Assembly: GCA_965228475.1 (NCBI GenBank)
Contig: OZ245817.1
Location: 64,001 to 128,000 of the forward strand
Direction of reading: 5' to 3'
From: Myxococcota bacterium
Lineage (GTDB): Bacteria > Myxococcota_A > UBA9160 > JAFDDA01
Length of the DNA: 64,000 nucleotides
Below, one piece after another: positions 47,639 to 58,572 of this stretch (position 1 is the stretch's first letter; each line of letters opens with the position of its first letter). The notes below the pieces were generated by a model. The model did no database searches, was not told the origin of the DNA, and worked only from the letters and a program-made list of their open reading frames with translations. The translations under genes and the position numbers were made by a program.

Positions 47639-48010
47639 ACGCGCCGCGAAGAAGAAAAGCGCGGTGAGCCCCCACAGAACGCCGACGGCGACGCACAGGG
47701 GGCCGGGTCGCCCCGTCTGCCGGATCTCGGCGACGCCCGCCGTTCCCGTCAGCCAGAACAGTCCGAAGGCGCCCGCGAGGCCGACCACCCGGCCTTCCTG
47801 GACCGCGAGGACGAGCGACCAGGCGCCGAACGCCGCGAAGTGGGCGAGGGCTACGAGCCAGATCGGCCCGAGGGTCGGTTCGCGCAGGAGGGGGGCGATG
47901 CGGTCTGCGATGAAGGAGCCGGTCTTGCCCTCGCCGAGCTCCGGGTAGGTCTCCTCGTCCGACCGTCGCGCGCCGGTGTCGGGGGGGTCGATGTCGTGGG
48001 GTCCGTTCAT
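47621..48010 (-). CDS. Small membrane hypothetical protein
   Basis: 129 aa with three hydrophobic segments; GGAGG RBS upstream. Confidence 0.65.
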   Translation of the reverse strand: MNGPHDIDPPDTGARRSDEETYPELGEGKTGSFIADRIAPLLREPTLGPIWLVALAHFAAFGAWSLVLAVQEGRVVGLAGAFGLFWLTGTAGVAEIRQTGRPGPLCVAVGVLWGLTALFFFAARHWQII

Positions 48011-48073
48011 CGGAAGGCCTCCAGGGGCACGATAGCCCCCGATGGGCCGTCGGGGGCGCTAGTCTCCGGCGCC

Positions 48074-50797
48074 GTGCCCCCCTACTTCCAACGCCGTCCC
48101 GTCTCCATCCTCCTCCCCCTTCTCTGCGCGCTCGGCATGACGTCTCCGGCCGCCGCCGGCGAGCTGTTCGCCGGGCAGGTGACCGCCGAAGACGCAGCCC
48201 GCGTCCTGCCCGGCGGCCCCGACGGCGTCGGCGGAATCGGCGACTACGCCCTCGGGAACGGCACGCTTTGCGCGGTGATCTCGCACCCCTCCCAGGGCAC
48301 CGACGTCTCGCCCCAGGGCGGCTTCCTGCTCGACCTCGGCCACTGCGGCGCGGGGAACGATCAGCTCGGGAATCTCATTCCGATGCTGAACGTGAGCCGC
48401 GAGAACATCCCGGTCGTGGATACGGTCGAGACGAGCGTCGCTGCGGGCGAGGCGCGCGTCGTGACGCACGCGCGCTGGGAAGGGTTTGCCGTCGAGACCG
48501 TCTACGCGCTCGACCTCGCGGCCCCGGAACGGCTGCGCATGGAAACGCGCGTCCGCCGGGTCGGCTCGGGCGGCCGGCTCTCCGTCCTCGGCCTGCTCTC
48601 GGTCCACCCGAACGCGACGCTCCGTGCGTTCACCTTCGATACCGAACACGCGGAGCTCGCCAGCGGCTTCTCACACCCGCCGACGCCCGACGAGAACCTC
48701 CGCGCACTGCTCGCCGGCCTCGGCCGCGCGAACGTCCAGGTGCTCGTCTCCGACGACGGCACGACCGAGGGCATCGCCTACGGCATCCGGGTTGCCGAGG
48801 CCTCCCGCATCGATGAAGACGGGGAAGCCCGGCCCCTGCCCGCGGTCGCGCTGAACGGGGCGCCGTTCACCCTGCTCGGGGTCTTCTCGCGTCCGTTCTG
48901 GTTCGGCGGCGGCCTGCGCATCGGACTGGTCGAGCTGCTCCAGGCGCTCTTCATGAACCTGCCCGAGGAAGAGTCGCTGCGCGTCGTGCACGAGATCCAC
49001 GTCGGCAGCCGCGGCGACGTGGCCTCGGTGACCGATCAGCTCTGGCCCGAGGGCCCGCGCGTCGAGGGCGTGCTCGACGACGCGAAGGCGCGCATCCACG
49101 TTCGCGCCGAGGGCCTGCCCGTCACCCAGGTTCGCCCGGGCGCCGACGGGCGCTTCGCCTTCCACGTCCCGGCCGTCGGCGCCTACGAGCTGCGGGCCGT
49201 GGCCGCGGGCGGGCGGGAGATCCGCCTGCCCGTCGACGTCGCGGCCGAAGGCGTGGCGCTCGGCCGGGTCTCGCTCGGTGAGAAGGCCCGCCTGCGGCTC
49301 CCGCGCGGCCACGCCATGCGCCTCGTCTTCGAGGGCCTCGACGGAACGCCGGCGCCGCGCTTCGGGGACGATCTCCTCGGCGTGCGCTTCGGCGAGGACG
49401 AGCCGCCCGCGAGCTCCCTCGCGAGCTACGTCTCCCTCGCCGGCACGGCCGACCACCCGGCCTTCGTGACGCTCCGCCCGGGCCGCTACCGCATCTACGC
49501 CACGCGCGGCCTCGAGTGGAGCGTCGAGCAGACCGAGGTCTCCGTCCGTGCGGGCGAAGACACGTCGCTCGCGATCGGTCTGCCCCGGCACCTCGTGCCG
49601 ACGCCCGGCTGGATCCTCGCGGACCTCCACGTCCACGCCGGCGGGAGCTTCGATTCGACCCTGCCCTACCGCGAGCGCCTGCGGAGCTTCGTCGCCCAGG
49701 GCGGCGAGGTGCTCGTCGCGACCGAGCACGACCACGTCGTCGACTACCGGCCGCTGGTCGGCGAGATGGGTCTCGCGGAGCGGCTGCGCGTGATCCCGGG
49801 CCTCGAGGCGACGAGCATCAGCCGCACCGAAGCGGTGCCCTTCTCCGCGGGCCACGCGAACGTCTTGCCGCTCGAGCCGACGCCCTTCGCGCACCGCGGC
49901 GGCGCGCTCCGCAGCCAGGGCGTGCGCCCGCGCGACATGATCTCCGAGCTGCGCGAGCGCGGCGGGCGCAGGCTCTACCAGCTGAACCACCCGCGCATGC
50001 GCGGCCCCGAGGCGAACGACGAAGCCTTCTTCACACACCAGGGCGTCGCCGGCGCGCCCCACGACCCGACCCAGCCGCTCGATTCCCTCGCGAACCGGAA
50101 CCTCATCGACCCGGATCCGCAGACCGGCGTGCGCGACATCGACTTCGACGCCGTCGAGCTCCTGAACGGGCGCAACGGCCCCGCGCTCGCCTACTTCAAG
50201 CAGACCCGCGCGGACTGGCTTTCGCTCATGCTCCAGGGCGAGCGGCGCACCGCGACCGCCAACAGCGACTCCCACAAGTACCGCCAGCTCGTGGCGATCC
50301 CCGCGAACTACGTGCGCGTCGAAGAAGACCGCGCCGCGCGGCTCGACGAGGGCGCCTTCGTCGAAGCGCTCTTCGCCGGCGCCGTGGTCGGGACGACGGG
50401 GCCCTTTCTCGACGTCTCCCTCGCGGGCGTCGGGCCCGGGGGTACGTTCCGCGGTGCGGAAGCGGAGCTCGAGGTCACCGTTCGCGCGGCGGACTGGATC
50501 CCGGTGAACGAGCTCCGTGTCTACGTCGACGGGCGCCTCGAAACCCGCCAGCCCGTTCGCGCCGGGGAGACCGCGCGCATCCCCCTGGCCTTCGAGGCGG
50601 ATGCCTTCGTCACCGTGGAGGTCCAGGGCAACGCCCGTGGCGACGGCGGCGAGCGCTACCGTGCCGTCGCTCCGGGCTTCATCCCCTTCGCCTTCAGCAA
50701 CCCGGTCTTCGTGGACGCCGACGGCGACGGGCACTTTCTAGCGCCGGGCCTCGTCGAGCCCCTACCGCCGACCCTGACCGACCCGCTCGGCTCCTAG
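48074..50797 (+). CDS. CehA/McbA-like PHP-fold metallohydrolase, secreted (start uncertain)
   Basis: ADLHVH, ATEHD, GHAN, NHPR, ELLNG, ANSDSH, FSNPVFVD. Confidence 0.82.
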   Translation: MPPYFQRRPVSILLPLLCALGMTSPAAAGELFAGQVTAEDAARVLPGGPDGVGGIGDYALGNGTLCAVISHPSQGTDVSPQGGFLLDLGHCGAGNDQLGNLIPMLNVSRENIPVVDTVETSVAAGEARVVTHARWEGFAVETVYALDLAAPERLRMETRVRRVGSGGRLSVLGLLSVHPNATLRAFTFDTEHAELASGFSHPPTPDENLRALLAGLGRANVQVLVSDDGTTEGIAYGIRVAEASRIDEDGEARPLPAVALNGAPFTLLGVFSRPFWFGGGLRIGLVELLQALFMNLPEEESLRVVHEIHVGSRGDVASVTDQLWPEGPRVEGVLDDAKARIHVRAEGLPVTQVRPGADGRFAFHVPAVGAYELRAVAAGGREIRLPVDVAAEGVALGRVSLGEKARLRLPRGHAMRLVFEGLDGTPAPRFGDDLLGVRFGEDEPPASSLASYVSLAGTADHPAFVTLRPGRYRIYATRGLEWSVEQTEVSVRAGEDTSLAIGLPRHLVPTPGWILADLHVHAGGSFDSTLPYRERLRSFVAQGGEVLVATEHDHVVDYRPLVGEMGLAERLRVIPGLEATSISRTEAVPFSAGHANVLPLEPTPFAHRGGALRSQGVRPRDMISELRERGGRRLYQLNHPRMRGPEANDEAFFTHQGVAGAPHDPTQPLDSLANRNLIDPDPQTGVRDIDFDAVELLNGRNGPALAYFKQTRADWLSLMLQGERRTATANSDSHKYRQLVAIPANYVRVEEDRAARLDEGAFVEALFAGAVVGTTGPFLDVSLAGVGPGGTFRGAEAELEVTVRAADWIPVNELRVYVDGRLETRQPVRAGETARIPLAFEADAFVTVEVQGNARGDGGERYRAVAPGFIPFAFSNPVFVDADGDGHFLAPGLVEPLPPTLTDPLGS

Positions 50798-50928
50798 CCG
50801 GCCCGCCGGCGGGCCCGAGCGCGTCCGCGGCGAAATCGCTGCCGCCCCGAAGTCCCTGGAATGGATCGAGAAAAGCGCCGCCCGGCCCGCCCCCGCCGCG
50901 CCCGCCTTGGTGTATGTTTCCGGCGCGC

Positions 50929-51019
50929 GGAGAGGTGGCCGAGTGGCTGAAGGCGCGCCCCTGCTAAGGGTGTATAGGCTTATCCCCTATCGAGGGTTCG
51001 AATCCCTCCCTCTCCGCCA
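50929..51019 (+). tRNA. tRNA-Ser (anticodon GCT)
   Basis: Cloverleaf with CTGCTAA loop, long variable arm, GTTCGAATC, CCA. Confidence 0.97.
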
Positions 51020-51069
51020 GGCCTTCGCATTGGCCTCGTGCCGCCCCGACGCGGCCGCACGAGGACCCC

Positions 51070-51157
<88 letters not shown>

Positions 51158-51185
51158 ACCCGTCTGCGGTTGCAGTGCCCCGTCG

Positions 51186-51593
51186 CTAGCGCGAAAGGGC
51201 GAAGCGGACCGGGAGCTGGACGCGCCCGAAGACCCACGGCAGCGGCTTCGAATCGTTCACGGCGTCGCGCGCGGCCCGGTCGAGGCCGCGGTAGCCGCTC
51301 GAGTGGTTGACCTCGACGTCGATCGGATTGCCCTGGGGGTCGATCTCGAAGGAGACGACCGATTCGCCCTCGTGCCCCTTCGAGCGGGCGCGCGGGGGGT
51401 AGACGACGGCGGCCTGGACACGGTCGCGGATCTGGATCAGCCGGCTCTCGACCGACGGGGTCGGCGGGAGCGCGTCGACGAGCCAGACGCCGCGGCTGCG
51501 CTGCGGCGATTCGGCCTCGGCGGGCGGGTCTTCCGCACGGGCGCCGCCGGCGAGCACGGCGATCAGGAGGGCAAGGGGCACGGTCCGGAGCAT
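51186..51593 (-). CDS. tonB: Short TonB-family protein (C-terminal domain)
   Basis: YPPRARSKGHEG.SVVSFEI, SSGYRGLDRAA, LPVRF; N-terminal hydrophobic segment. Confidence 0.8.
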   Translation of the reverse strand: MLRTVPLALLIAVLAGGARAEDPPAEAESPQRSRGVWLVDALPPTPSVESRLIQIRDRVQAAVVYPPRARSKGHEGESVVSFEIDPQGNPIDVEVNHSSGYRGLDRAARDAVNDSKPLPWVFGRVQLPVRFALSR

Positions 51594-51898
51594 GGGCGCC
51601 AGTCTAGCCACGAAGCCCGCTCCGCAGCCACCGCGGCGATCGGGGCCCCACCCAGCCCTCGTGAAAGGCGAACTCCCACCGAAGAGGCCGAGGCCCGTCC
51701 GCTGAGAGGCTCGCGCATGGCGGAGCTCGATTGGCACGCCCGGCAGTATGAGATAATCAGCCTTCTTCACGGGCCCGCGCGCGAGCGCAGGTGCCCCCGA
51801 GTGTCGGCGCCGCGGCCCATGCGGTGCGACGGAGAATCGAGATGTCTGGGATTCTGGGTCATCGCCGGGCGGCCGCGCCCCGCTGCGTCCATTCCGCC

Positions 51899-53932
51899 AT
51901 GCTCCGAAGCTGCCTGTGCAGCGCCTTCCTCGCCTGCCTGGTGACCTGGCCGGCCGCGCCCTCCTTTGCGGAGGAGCCTGCGGAGGAGGAGAAGAAGGAG
52001 CAGCAGCAGCCGCCGAAGCAGACGCTGAAGCTCGATCCCGTCATCGTCACGGCGAGCCCCATCGCCGAACGGGCCGACGAGCTCGCGACGCCCGTCGTCC
52101 GGGTCGAGCGGGACGAGATCGTCGAGAACCTCGGGTCGACGCTCGGCGAAACCGTCGGGCAGCTCCCCGGCGTCTCGACGACGGGCTTCACCGCGGGCGC
52201 CAGCCGGCCCGTCATCCGCGGCCAGGACGCCTTCCGCACGGAGGTCCTCGAGGATGGGCTCGCGACCCAGGACGTCTCCCAGCTCAGCCCCGACCACGCG
52301 GTCCCGGTGAACCCGATCAACGCCACGGCGATCGAGGTGGTTCGCGGCCCGGGCATCCTGCGCTACGGCGGCGGGGCCTCGGCGGGCGTCGTCAACACGA
52401 TCACGCAGCGCATCCCGACCGAGCGGATCGAGGATCCGATCGAGGTGGACGTGGTCGGCTCCTACCAGAGCAACGGCGACGGCGGTGACTTCGGGACCGT
52501 GCTGCGCGGAGGCATCGGCAACTTCGCCTGGCACCTCGACGGCTTCTATCGCGACACCGACGATTACGAGACGGGCGCCGGCCGGACCCAGAACGGCACC
52601 TTCATCGACGACACCTGGGGCGCGGCCGGGGGCGGCGCCTGGATCTTCGACGCCGGCCGGCTCGGCTTCGCGTTCAACCGCTTCGACGCCAAGTACGGCA
52701 TCCCCGAGGACGAGCCCGTCGCGATCCACCTGCGGACGAACCGCTACCGCTTCGAGGGCGACTGGGAGAACCCGTTCCGGGGCATCCGCGAGATCAACGT
52801 CAGCGGCGTCTACTCGGACTACGAGCACACCGAGCGCGTCGAGGGCGTGACCGGCCAGCTCTACGACAACGAAGCGTTCGACGGCCGCCTCGAAGCGCAC
52901 CATGGCGAGTTCCTGGGGTTCACCGGCGCCATCGGCTTTCACGGCAGGAATCAAGAGTTCGAAGGCGGAGGCGAGGCAGCCGAGTTCCTCGCGCCCAGCG
53001 AGACCTCGACCATCGCAGCCTACCTCTTCGAGGAACTCCCCCTGCTGGACTCGCTCGATTTCCAGACCGGCCTCCGGATCGAACGCACCTGGGTGAACGG
53101 GACACCGATCACCGACGATCGCAAGGATCGGACGTTCTTCCCCTTGAGCGGCTCCGTCGCCCTGGTCTCGCGCCCGACCGAACAGCTCACCCTCGCCGGA
53201 ACGTTCACGGCGGGGCAACGTGCACCCAGCCAGATCGAGCTCTTCGCCCGCGGCCCCCACGAGGCGACGGCCACCTTCGAGCTCGGGGACCCCGACATCG
53301 ACGAGGAAACCTCGTACAGCGGCGATCTCCGGTTCGCCGGCGATTTCGATTGCTTCCGCTTCGAGGCCAGCACGTTCGCGACCCACTACGACGGCTTCAT
53401 CTTCGGTTCCCTCACCGGGCGCATGTTGGACGAGGACGGGATGCCCGGGGGCGATCTCGAAGAGCTCCTCTACCTCGAGCGCGACGCCACGTTCTACGGC
53501 GGCGAGGTCACGTTGGGCGTCGATCTGTTCGAGCTCTTCGGAGGGACCGTCGGCACGAAGTGGCAGGCCGACTACGTCCGTGCCCGCTTCACCGAGGGCG
53601 GCGGCGACCGGGACGTCCCGCGCATCACGCCGGTTCGCTGGGGCGGGGCGATCACCTACGAGCACGACCGCGTCTCGGGGACCCTGCGGTTCCTGCGGAA
53701 CGAGAACCAGCGGGACGTGGCGGCGAACGAGTTCGCGACCGACGAGTTCACGATGCTCGACCTGATCCTCCACTACCAGCTTCCGCTGGGCGATGGCCGA
53801 GTTCAGGCGAACATCGACCTCGTTGCCCGCAACCTGCTCGACGAAAAGGCGCGCAACGCGGTCTCCTTCACCAAGGACGAGGTCCTGCTCCCGGGCCGGA
53901 ACTTCCGGGTGAACGTCCGCATCGCCTACTGA
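51899..53932 (+). CDS. TonB-dependent receptor, ZnuD-like family
   Basis: Signal peptide, VIVTA TonB box, GASRPVIRG, SPDHAV, ELFARGPHEAT, PGRNF, terminal aromatic residue. Confidence 0.88.
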   Translation: MLRSCLCSAFLACLVTWPAAPSFAEEPAEEEKKEQQQPPKQTLKLDPVIVTASPIAERADELATPVVRVERDEIVENLGSTLGETVGQLPGVSTTGFTAGASRPVIRGQDAFRTEVLEDGLATQDVSQLSPDHAVPVNPINATAIEVVRGPGILRYGGGASAGVVNTITQRIPTERIEDPIEVDVVGSYQSNGDGGDFGTVLRGGIGNFAWHLDGFYRDTDDYETGAGRTQNGTFIDDTWGAAGGGAWIFDAGRLGFAFNRFDAKYGIPEDEPVAIHLRTNRYRFEGDWENPFRGIREINVSGVYSDYEHTERVEGVTGQLYDNEAFDGRLEAHHGEFLGFTGAIGFHGRNQEFEGGGEAAEFLAPSETSTIAAYLFEELPLLDSLDFQTGLRIERTWVNGTPITDDRKDRTFFPLSGSVALVSRPTEQLTLAGTFTAGQRAPSQIELFARGPHEATATFELGDPDIDEETSYSGDLRFAGDFDCFRFEASTFATHYDGFIFGSLTGRMLDEDGMPGGDLEELLYLERDATFYGGEVTLGVDLFELFGGTVGTKWQADYVRARFTEGGGDRDVPRITPVRWGGAITYEHDRVSGTLRFLRNENQRDVAANEFATDEFTMLDLILHYQLPLGDGRVQANIDLVARNLLDEKARNAVSFTKDEVLLPGRNFRVNVRIAY

Positions 53933-54038
53933 CCCGGGTGGATCGGGGCCCGGCTGGCCGGCCGCGGACGGCCACCTCCCGGGGATGTCGGCTGGGCACC
54001 ACGATGCGTTACCGTCCAGCGTCTTCCCCGAGGGCCCC

Positions 54039-55090
<1,052 letters not shown>

Positions 55091-55094
<4 letters not shown>

Positions 55095-55516
55095 CTCCCG
55101 GCGAGCCGGAAGCGCGGGATCGCGAGGTCGGCGCTCATGTCTTCCCAGACCAGTTCGACCGGGGCGCCGATCGTGACGTCTTCGGGTTCGGTCTCGACGA
55201 GGTTCGAGATCATCCGCAGGCCGCCCGAGTCCTCGAGCGCGATCACGGCGATGACCGTGGGGACCGGCTGGCCGGCCGCGATCGGGCGGTGTGCCACCGT
55301 ATAGGTGTAGACCTCGCCGCGGCCCGAGAGCGTCATCCACTCCGACTCCGTGGACTGGCACTCGGCGCATACGGGGGAAGGAGGATGCCGCGTCGCTCCG
55401 CACGCGGTGCAACGCTGCACGACGAGACGGTGCTCGGCTGCGGCCTCCCAGAACGGGAGCGTGATCGCGTCCGCCAGGGGGCCCGGCATCGCATCGGGAA
55501 AGAAGCGTTCGCTCAT
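55091..55516 (-). CDS. DUF35 Zn-ribbon/OB-fold protein
   Basis: PFWEAA, CxxC..PP..CxxC, SGRGEVYTYT. Confidence 0.9.
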
Positions 55517-56736
55517 CGTCGCCCCAACAGCAGCGCGCTCGACGGGACGCACGCCGCGCTCGTGACCAGACAGACCTCGGCGCCTTCCACCGGGCTCGTG
55601 GACTCTCCGCGCAGCGTGCGCACGCCCTCCACCACGTGGTTCAGGCCATGGATGTACGCCTCGGAGAGGCTTCCGCCGTGGGTGTTCGTCGGCAGGCTTC
55701 CGCCCTTCCACGCGAGCGCGCCGCTCTCGACGAACGGGCCGCCCTCGCCGCGCGCGCAGAAGCCGTAGTCCTCGAGCTGGAGGAGGACGCAGCCCGTGAA
55801 GTGGTCGTAGATCTGGGCCACGTCCACGTCGCTCGGGCCGAGGCCGGCCTTGCCGTAGAGGCGCCCGGCGAGTTCTTCGGTTCCGCCCGTGGCGTAGAGT
55901 TCGTCGGCGATGTTGGCGTTGGTGAAGTGGCCGAAGGCGTAGCCCCTCGGCGCACCCTGCTCGCTCGCGAGGATCTCGACCGAAGGCTTCGCGAGATCCC
56001 GCGCGCGCTCGGCCGTCGTCACGACCACCGCGCACGCCCCGTCGCTCTCGAGGCAGCAATCGAACAGGCGGTGCGGGTCGGCGATCATGGGCGAGGCCTG
56101 GTGGTCTTCGAGGGTCATCGCGCGGCCGCCCATCACGGCGCGCGGGTTGCGGCTCGCGTGCTCGCGGAAGGTCACCGCGATGTGGCCGAGCTGCTCGCTC
56201 GTGGTGCCGTAGAGGTGCATGTGCCGGCGGGTCGGCAGCGCGTAGGCCGCCGCCGCCATCAACAGGCCGAAGGGCATCGCGAAGCCCATCGAGGCGAGCA
56301 TCGGCGTGGTGGCCTGCTGGACGGTCGGCGGGGGCGGGTCGGCGGCCGGCGCATCGGAGGCGATCGGGCTGCCGAAGCGGAAGAACTGCCCCTGGCACAG
56401 GGCGCGGTAGACCACGACGACCTCCGCCTGGCCGGTCTCCACGGCCATGGCGGCGTTGCCGATGGCGGCGCAGCCGCCGCCTCCGCCGGGCATCCACACC
56501 ATGTTGCCGAAGCGCAGGGTCGGCAGGCCGAGCTCCGCAGCGAGGAAGACCGCTTCGTTGCGATCCTCGGCGAAGGAGGCGAGGCCGTCCACGTCGTTCA
56601 TGGAAAGGCCCGCGTCGGCGACGGCGCGCGCGATGGCCTCACACGCGAGCGCGTGCTCCGAGACGTCGCCGATCTTGCCCCAGCGCGTGTATCGGGTCTC
56701 TCCCACGCCGACGAGGTGGGCTCGGTTGCGACTCAT
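55513..56736 (-). CDS. Thiolase-like lipid-transfer protein (Ltp2-type aldolase family)
   Basis: VGVGET, DCCLESDGA, IYDHF, NTHGGSLSEAYIHG; no canonical thiolase active-site Cys motifs recognised. Confidence 0.87.
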   Translation of the reverse strand: MSRNRAHLVGVGETRYTRWGKIGDVSEHALACEAIARAVADAGLSMNDVDGLASFAEDRNEAVFLAAELGLPTLRFGNMVWMPGGGGGCAAIGNAAMAVETGQAEVVVVYRALCQGQFFRFGSPIASDAPAADPPPPTVQQATTPMLASMGFAMPFGLLMAAAAYALPTRRHMHLYGTTSEQLGHIAVTFREHASRNPRAVMGGRAMTLEDHQASPMIADPHRLFDCCLESDGACAVVVTTAERARDLAKPSVEILASEQGAPRGYAFGHFTNANIADELYATGGTEELAGRLYGKAGLGPSDVDVAQIYDHFTGCVLLQLEDYGFCARGEGGPFVESGALAWKGGSLPTNTHGGSLSEAYIHGLNHVVEGVRTLRGESTSPVEGAEVCLVTSAACVPSSALLLGRR

Positions 56737-56746
56737 GCGGGCGAAC

Positions 56747-57163
56747 TCAGAGCGGCAGCGAGAGCGCGACGGTCCCGCTCGCATGGTCGCCGAGGTCGTT
56801 GGCGGCGCGCACCTCCACGTCGATCGCCCGCTCGCCGTCCTCCTCGCACACCCCGAGCACCCGCCCGGTGAAGCGCAGCGTCTGGTTGGGCACCGCCGGA
56901 ACGCCGAGCCGGATCTTCACGTGACGCAGCATCGCTTCGGGCCCCGCCCAGTCGGTGACGAAGCGCGCCACGTAGCCGTTGGTGGTGAGGATGTTCATGA
57001 ACATGTCCGAAGCACCCTGCGCCCGGGCGTATTCGGCGTCGTGGTGGACGGGCATGAAATCGCGGGAGGCGATGGCTCCGGCGACGATGACCGTCGACGT
57101 CACGGGGAGTTCGAAGGTCGGCAGCTCGTCGCCGGCCGCGATGTTCGTGGGTGTGGATGCCAT
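56747..57163 (-). CDS. MaoC-family hydratase (ChsH1-like)
   Basis: IVAGAIASRDFMPVHHD, FMNILTTNG, DWAGP. Confidence 0.88.
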   Translation of the reverse strand: MASTPTNIAAGDELPTFELPVTSTVIVAGAIASRDFMPVHHDAEYARAQGASDMFMNILTTNGYVARFVTDWAGPEAMLRHVKIRLGVPAVPNQTLRFTGRVLGVCEEDGERAIDVEVRAANDLGDHASGTVALSLPL

Positions 57164-57168
57164 GGTCG

Positions 57169-57741
57169 CTACCTCCCCAGCTTGCTCGGATCGATCGTGG
57201 CCGGGTCGAACTTGAACACGCGGAAGAGCTGACGGCCGACGACCTCCCCGCTCTCGGTCGTGTACGTCGTCACCCAGGTCACGAAGTAACCCTGGCCGAG
57301 CGCCGTGGTCTTGAGAGCGGAGATGGACTCGATCTCGCTCTCGAGCCGGAGGTGGTCGCCGGGTTTCAGGTAGCGCACGAACTCGAGCTCCGAGTTCGTG
57401 GCCACGACGCCGAGGTAGCCCGCCTCGTCGAGCACGTTGAGCGGGTTGTCGAAGGTGAGATCGTCCGGAGCGCCGCGCCGCTCCGCGATGCCCTCGATCT
57501 TCGGGCGCGGCATGCCCCAGACCTGCAGCATGGCGGGCGGCGCCACGACTCCATCGAACCTGCTGGAGCCTGGGTTGGACGCATCGCCCGATTCGTACGC
57601 AGGGTTGCGGTCGTCCAGCGCATCGACCCAGTGCCGGATCATGGGCCCGTTGACGGGTTCCGGCGCGATGGACGGGGGCCCCATCGGCTTGCCGACGTAG
57701 GCCTGGAGTCGTTCTTCCAGCGTTTCGCTCTCGCTCTGCAT
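57169..57741 (-). CDS. MaoC/FAS1-like dehydratase (ChsH2 N-terminal-like)
   Basis: VNGPMIRHW..ALDDRNPAY, APPAMLQVWGM, VVATNSE, KTTALGQGYFVT. Confidence 0.87.
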   Translation of the reverse strand: MQSESETLEERLQAYVGKPMGPPSIAPEPVNGPMIRHWVDALDDRNPAYESGDASNPGSSRFDGVVAPPAMLQVWGMPRPKIEGIAERRGAPDDLTFDNPLNVLDEAGYLGVVATNSELEFVRYLKPGDHLRLESEIESISALKTTALGQGYFVTWVTTYTTESGEVVGRQLFRVFKFDPATIDPSKLGR

Positions 57742-57870
57742 CGATCTCGTCTCGGTGTGGCCTGGGTGTCTCGGCTGGCCCAGGGATTCGGGCACGGCTC
57801 GCGACGCATCATACTCGCACGCGACGCTCGTACAACCGAATTCGATCGCGGGTCGAACGCGGATCGAGCG

Positions 57871-58572
57871 CTACGCCGTCGGACGTTCGAGCTCCTTCAT
57901 GATGGCCTCGCGCTTGATCCGGAGAAGCGAGCGGACGCCTTCGCTCGCCTTCTCGGGATCGCGGTGGAGGAGCCCATCGCGGATCGCTTCGATCGAGGGC
58001 GCGAGCGTCGCCGCCGACGGGCGCGAGCGCCGGAGCAGCGGCACGACCGCCCCCAGCACCACGTGCAGGCTGTTGCCAACCATGTGGAGGACGAGGTTCT
58101 GGCTGCCGCGGGCCACGAGCTGCAGGAGCTCGACGAGCGCTGCGACGTATTCCTCCTCGCCGTTGCTTCGCCGCACGAGTTCCGGGAGCAGCTCGAGCGC
58201 GCGGGCAAGGTCCGCGTCGCTGGCGCGCTCGACGGCCAGGCGGGCCGCGCCGACGAGCAGCAGCTCGTGGACGTCGAGCAGCTGACCCACGAGGGCGGGG
58301 TCGGGCGTGTCGGACACCCGCAGCACGTGCCCCAGCACCTCGAGCCTGGCCTGGTGAAGCGGCGCGACGCGCGAGCCGCCCGGCTGGACGTCGACCAGGC
58401 CTTCGTTGGCAAGGATCTTCAACGCCTCGCGCGCGGAGCCGCGGTTCACGCCGGCCTGTTCGGCCAGCTCGCGCTCCGAAGGCAGCCGCTCGCCCGGCCG
58501 ATAGCGGCCCGCCAGGATCTGCGTCCGGACCCGGTCGGCGATCGCCTCGGGCCGCGAGGCCTGGCCGGTCAA
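57871..58572 (-). CDS. GntR/FadR-family regulator
   Basis: TTGA overlap with alkB stop; GERLPSERELAEQAGVNRGSAREAL. Confidence 0.88.
   Translation of the reverse strand: MTGQASRPEAIADRVRTQILAGRYRPGERLPSERELAEQAGVNRGSAREALKILANEGLVDVQPGGSRVAPLHQARLEVLGHVLRVSDTPDPALVGQLLDVHELLLVGAARLAVERASDADLARALELLPELVRRSNGEEEYVAALVELLQLVARGSQNLVLHMVGNSLHVVLGAVVPLLRRSRPSAATLAPSIEAIRDGLLHRDPEKASEGVRSLLRIKREAIMKELERPTA

Noticed and set aside
47582..50928. Prophage or integrative element at tRNA-Ser
   Set aside because: No integrase or phage genes, host-like composition, and no duplicated tRNA 3' end beyond the tRNAs themselves
51600..51898. Cobalamin riboswitch or sigma54 promoter upstream of the TonB-dependent receptor
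   Set aside because: No B12-box core (GGGAA...GCCCCCGC.ACTGT) found; TGGCACG is present but has no correctly spaced -12 GC
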